Assembly (NCBI GenBank): GCA_023920165.1
Contig: CP089276.1
Coordinates: 3,596,001 to 3,660,000 of the forward strand
Reading direction: 5' to 3'
Length of the DNA stretch: 64,000 nt
Source: Curvularia clavata
Taxonomy: Eukaryota
The position numbers and the translations under genes are program-made. The notes beneath the pieces were generated by a model, which was not told the DNA's origin, did not search any database, and worked only from the letters and a program-made list of their open reading frames with translations. Below are positions 61,160 through 64,000 of the stretch, one piece after another. Numbering within the stretch: position 1 is the stretch's first letter; the number at the start of each line of letters is the position of its first letter.

Positions 61160-61861
61160 CTAGACTCCCCACGCCGCATCCCTCCTCTCAAATTCCGCCA
61201 TCTCGGCCACAAAATCCGCCTTCGCCTGCCCATACACCTGCCCGATGATATAAATCGTAGCATCAATCCCTGAGCTCACACCGCCAGCCGTCACAATGCG
61301 TGTTCCAGCCTCAGTCACACCCGAGTCCACATACCGCTGCCTCACAATCTCGACTCGAGAACCGCCCCCTTGGGCCGCCTCATCTGCCACCTTCTTCAGT
61401 GAATCGAAGCTAAGATGGTGAGTAGTTGCCTTGCGGCCATTCAACACACCAGATGCAGCGAGGACAAGAGACCCCGTGCACACAGACTGCAAGAACCTCT
61501 TTCCTGTCTCTGGGCGAGGCTTGGCAGCAGCAAACTTTTGGATCAAGGCGCAGATCTGCTTGCCGTTTTCGCTGGCGATCAGGTCAAGCACAGTGTTGTC
61601 GTGCGCACCGGGAATCACGAGGATGTCGTAGTCTGTGATTTGGGCAGACATCTCAGCGAAGCTCATGTTGGGCTGGTACACGAGAGCGGGCGAGGCCGAG
61701 GGGACGGATTTCTCGTGGGCGAAGGAGGTTACATTGAATGGAGGCGGTTGAGTGTTGCCCGGCTCGAGAGAGTGCGGGTAGCAGTAGATCTCTGCAGGGC
61801 CCGAGAAGTCGAGAAGGTCGGCTTGGGGGAAGAGGTAGATGGCGACTTTCATTTGAGACAT
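61160..61861 (-). CDS. DJ-1/PfpI (class I glutamine amidotransferase-like) family protein
   Basis: Motifs LDFSGPAE, YDILVIPG, SVCTG (nucleophile elbow), GRKATTH and TAGGVSSGID. Confidence 0.92.
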   Translation of the reverse strand: MSQMKVAIYLFPQADLLDFSGPAEIYCYPHSLEPGNTQPPPFNVTSFAHEKSVPSASPALVYQPNMSFAEMSAQITDYDILVIPGAHDNTVLDLIASENGKQICALIQKFAAAKPRPETGKRFLQSVCTGSLVLAASGVLNGRKATTHHLSFDSLKKVADEAAQGGGSRVEIVRQRYVDSGVTEAGTRIVTAGGVSSGIDATIYIIGQVYGQAKADFVAEMAEFERRDAAWGV

Positions 61862-63879
61862 GATCTTTTGCTTTTCGAAAGGGGGATTTAATCTGAAGTT
61901 TTGGAGGTGACAGGACTGGAAAAAAAGCCGTGAAATTCACTGTTGGATGTTGTTGTCCGCTTTACGACGTGTTATAGTCGCTTTTATGTGACCATGCTGG
62001 GTCGGATCGGATGAAGAATAGTGATCCGGCTTCCGCGTTGCTAAGCCCGACGACGAATCATTACCATCTGTTACATCCGACAATGGAGTCTGGAGAAGAA
62101 GTAATATCATTTTGCTTTGGTTTTGGAGGAGAAGAAATGTGTTGCAGCAACAACCGCTGTCCTCATTGGATTGATGTTTTTGTTGATGTTGCGTGCGATG
62201 GTAGGTTCCGCTTGAGTGCATATGAGCCGTTTCCTGCTGACATATCGTCGAAGATGATTTACTCCAGCGATTATATCGAATCACAACGGATGTAGTCGGC
62301 GGTATGATACAGGCTGGTAGATTGGAAAATAATGAACGAAGAAATGTCACAAATCAGCTGCAGAAAATGCTCTGGTCAGCCACCAAAGCTCATACTACAT
62401 ACTGCAATGCGCCCTTTAGTTTGGGAAGGTAAAAGAAGTTCAGAAGTTATTCTTGGAGAGTTATTTGGTTCTACAAAATATCATGGCCAGGGGGTTCAAC
62501 ACTGCTAAACATACACCTGTGCTAAACCGGTTTACATATGCACTCACCTGACATCCAGGTAACAGTAGCCAAGAACCATTGAATGAACCCAGTGCCAGCT
62601 ATCCAAACACACCTACCACGCTTCTGGAATCTGCCTCAAGCTGTACAATCATCACGCGTGGCCTTGGCACTCTGGGCATCAGGTCCAATGCGGAAACGTA
62701 AGATCCAACACCACAGCGGCAGAACTTGGCGCTTAATGTAGCCTTACGACGATCGAAGCACGAACCAAGGAGCGTCCGTTCAAGGGACTTTCAATATGGT
62801 AAACCTGGCACTTGGGTATCGTTGGTGGACCCTAGGGCGCATGCAGGTGCGCATATAGTCGGGTACCTCGATCTAACATCTAGAGTAGACTTTACAACTA
62901 GACACTTCTTCAGTTTGAATACAAGCTTTTTGAAAAGGCTATTATCTATTTCGTATCAAGAAAGGACATCCCTCGTTGGCACAAAACTTGTTTAACAGGA
63001 AGTGCCTCAAGGCTGATCGTGCTAACATTGACTGCGGTCATGGCTTGAGGTCCAAGGCAGATTTTTTAAGCCGACCCTTTCCACTGTTATCTTATCAAGT
63101 ACTTGATACTAGCATACGCCACACTATTATTCTCTTAGCAGCGTGCCGCGATCTTGAGCGACGTTTTGGGGATTCTGGATGGATCTTGGGCGACGTTCTG
63201 GGATCCTTGGCACCTACCACTGCCTCCTAACTACCTACTTAGTACTGCTAGTATCGATAAAAGACCAAGAACATCACATTCCTCCCTCACATCTCACTTC
63301 ATCTTACTCCACAGCCTTCTCTCAATCATTTGCCCTCCAATCGCAATGATTCATCCAAGCGAAACCAGCGATACAAGCCCTTGGCGCAAAGCGCCGTCTA
63401 CCCGACCCTGGCTGGCCCAGTCGGGAGTCGGCACGCGCCTTTGCTTGTAAACTTCCCAGCGCGCCGTAGTTGCCAACGTTCGCCAACGAAACCAAGGCCT
63501 GGGACTTCTTGTGTGGGTGTTGGAAAAGGAGTCGCTTCGTACTAGACTTGCACTCATGTCCGAGACTTGGTACTGTGTGGAGCGAATCAGCAGCCGGCGT
63601 AAGAGATGGGGCGCTTTTTGGGATTGGTTAGGGAGGTCCAAGAACAGAGACGGTGCGAGAGCACGGGAGCCACTATGAAGTATTGGGGGCACAGTTGTTA
63701 TCTCTTGGTTGCCTTGCCACGAGATGATGTGCGGAGTAGCCGAGCGGTGGAGATGGCTGTATAAGATGTCCATGTAGCACGCGAGCGATGCAAGGTCCCG
63801 CGTAACTGTTGCTTTTTACCTCTTGCTTGGGAACAAAAGAGTTGTTGATTCTTCGTACTCTTCCTCCTTATTGCCTGCC

Positions 63880-64000
63880 ATGGGGGATCTCGACACCAAG
63901 ACGGGCGAGGTCGAGCGTGCTACGAGCAGCAACAGTTCGCCTTCGGAGAATGTCATGCCGACGCCTACTGTTGCGGTCGAGGAGAAGAAGACGTTTTGGC
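63880..64000 (+). CDS. 5' start of a gene running off the window, possibly a membrane transporter
   Basis: GCCATGG start after a pyrimidine-rich leader and TATAA (about 63759). The frame is open: MGDLDTKTGEVERATSSNSSPSENVMPTPTVAVEEKKTFW. This resembles an MFS N-terminal tail, but only 40 codons are visible. Confidence 0.55.
   Translation, partial: MGDLDTKTGEVERATSSNSSPSENVMPTPTVAVEEKKTFW

Overview
Fungal genomic DNA with GT-AG introns and CTRAY branch points. The gene content and protein styles suggest a filamentous ascomycete, probably a Dothideomycete of the Pleosporales (inference). The window holds roughly 22-25 protein-coding genes or gene remnants, one intron-containing tRNA-Lys(CTT) and one full-length, RIP-degraded Fot1/pogo-type DNA transposon (47-bp TIRs, TA target duplication). 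Housekeeping and metabolic genes include MSH2, IST1, two MFS sugar transporters, a GH43 hydrolase, a class V PLP enzyme, a GT34-like glycosyltransferase, a protein kinase and a DJ-1/PfpI protein. The most notable items are four. (1) A stand-alone HAD / class II terpene cyclase fusion (AstC/drimenol-synthase architecture) whose catalytic motif is in frame only after splicing and differs from the usual form (DDVDDT, and DDKII in the HAD domain). (2) An intronless secreted protein closely resembling Pseudomonas phosphorylcholine phosphatase, next to the transposon. (3) A four-exon secreted beta/gamma-crystallin-like small protein that the ORF track splits. (4) An accessory-like zone at about 36-54 kb with F-box-like genes, a decayed tandem paralogue pair and several stop codons compatible with RIP. 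All family calls rest on motif recognition; no database search was run.
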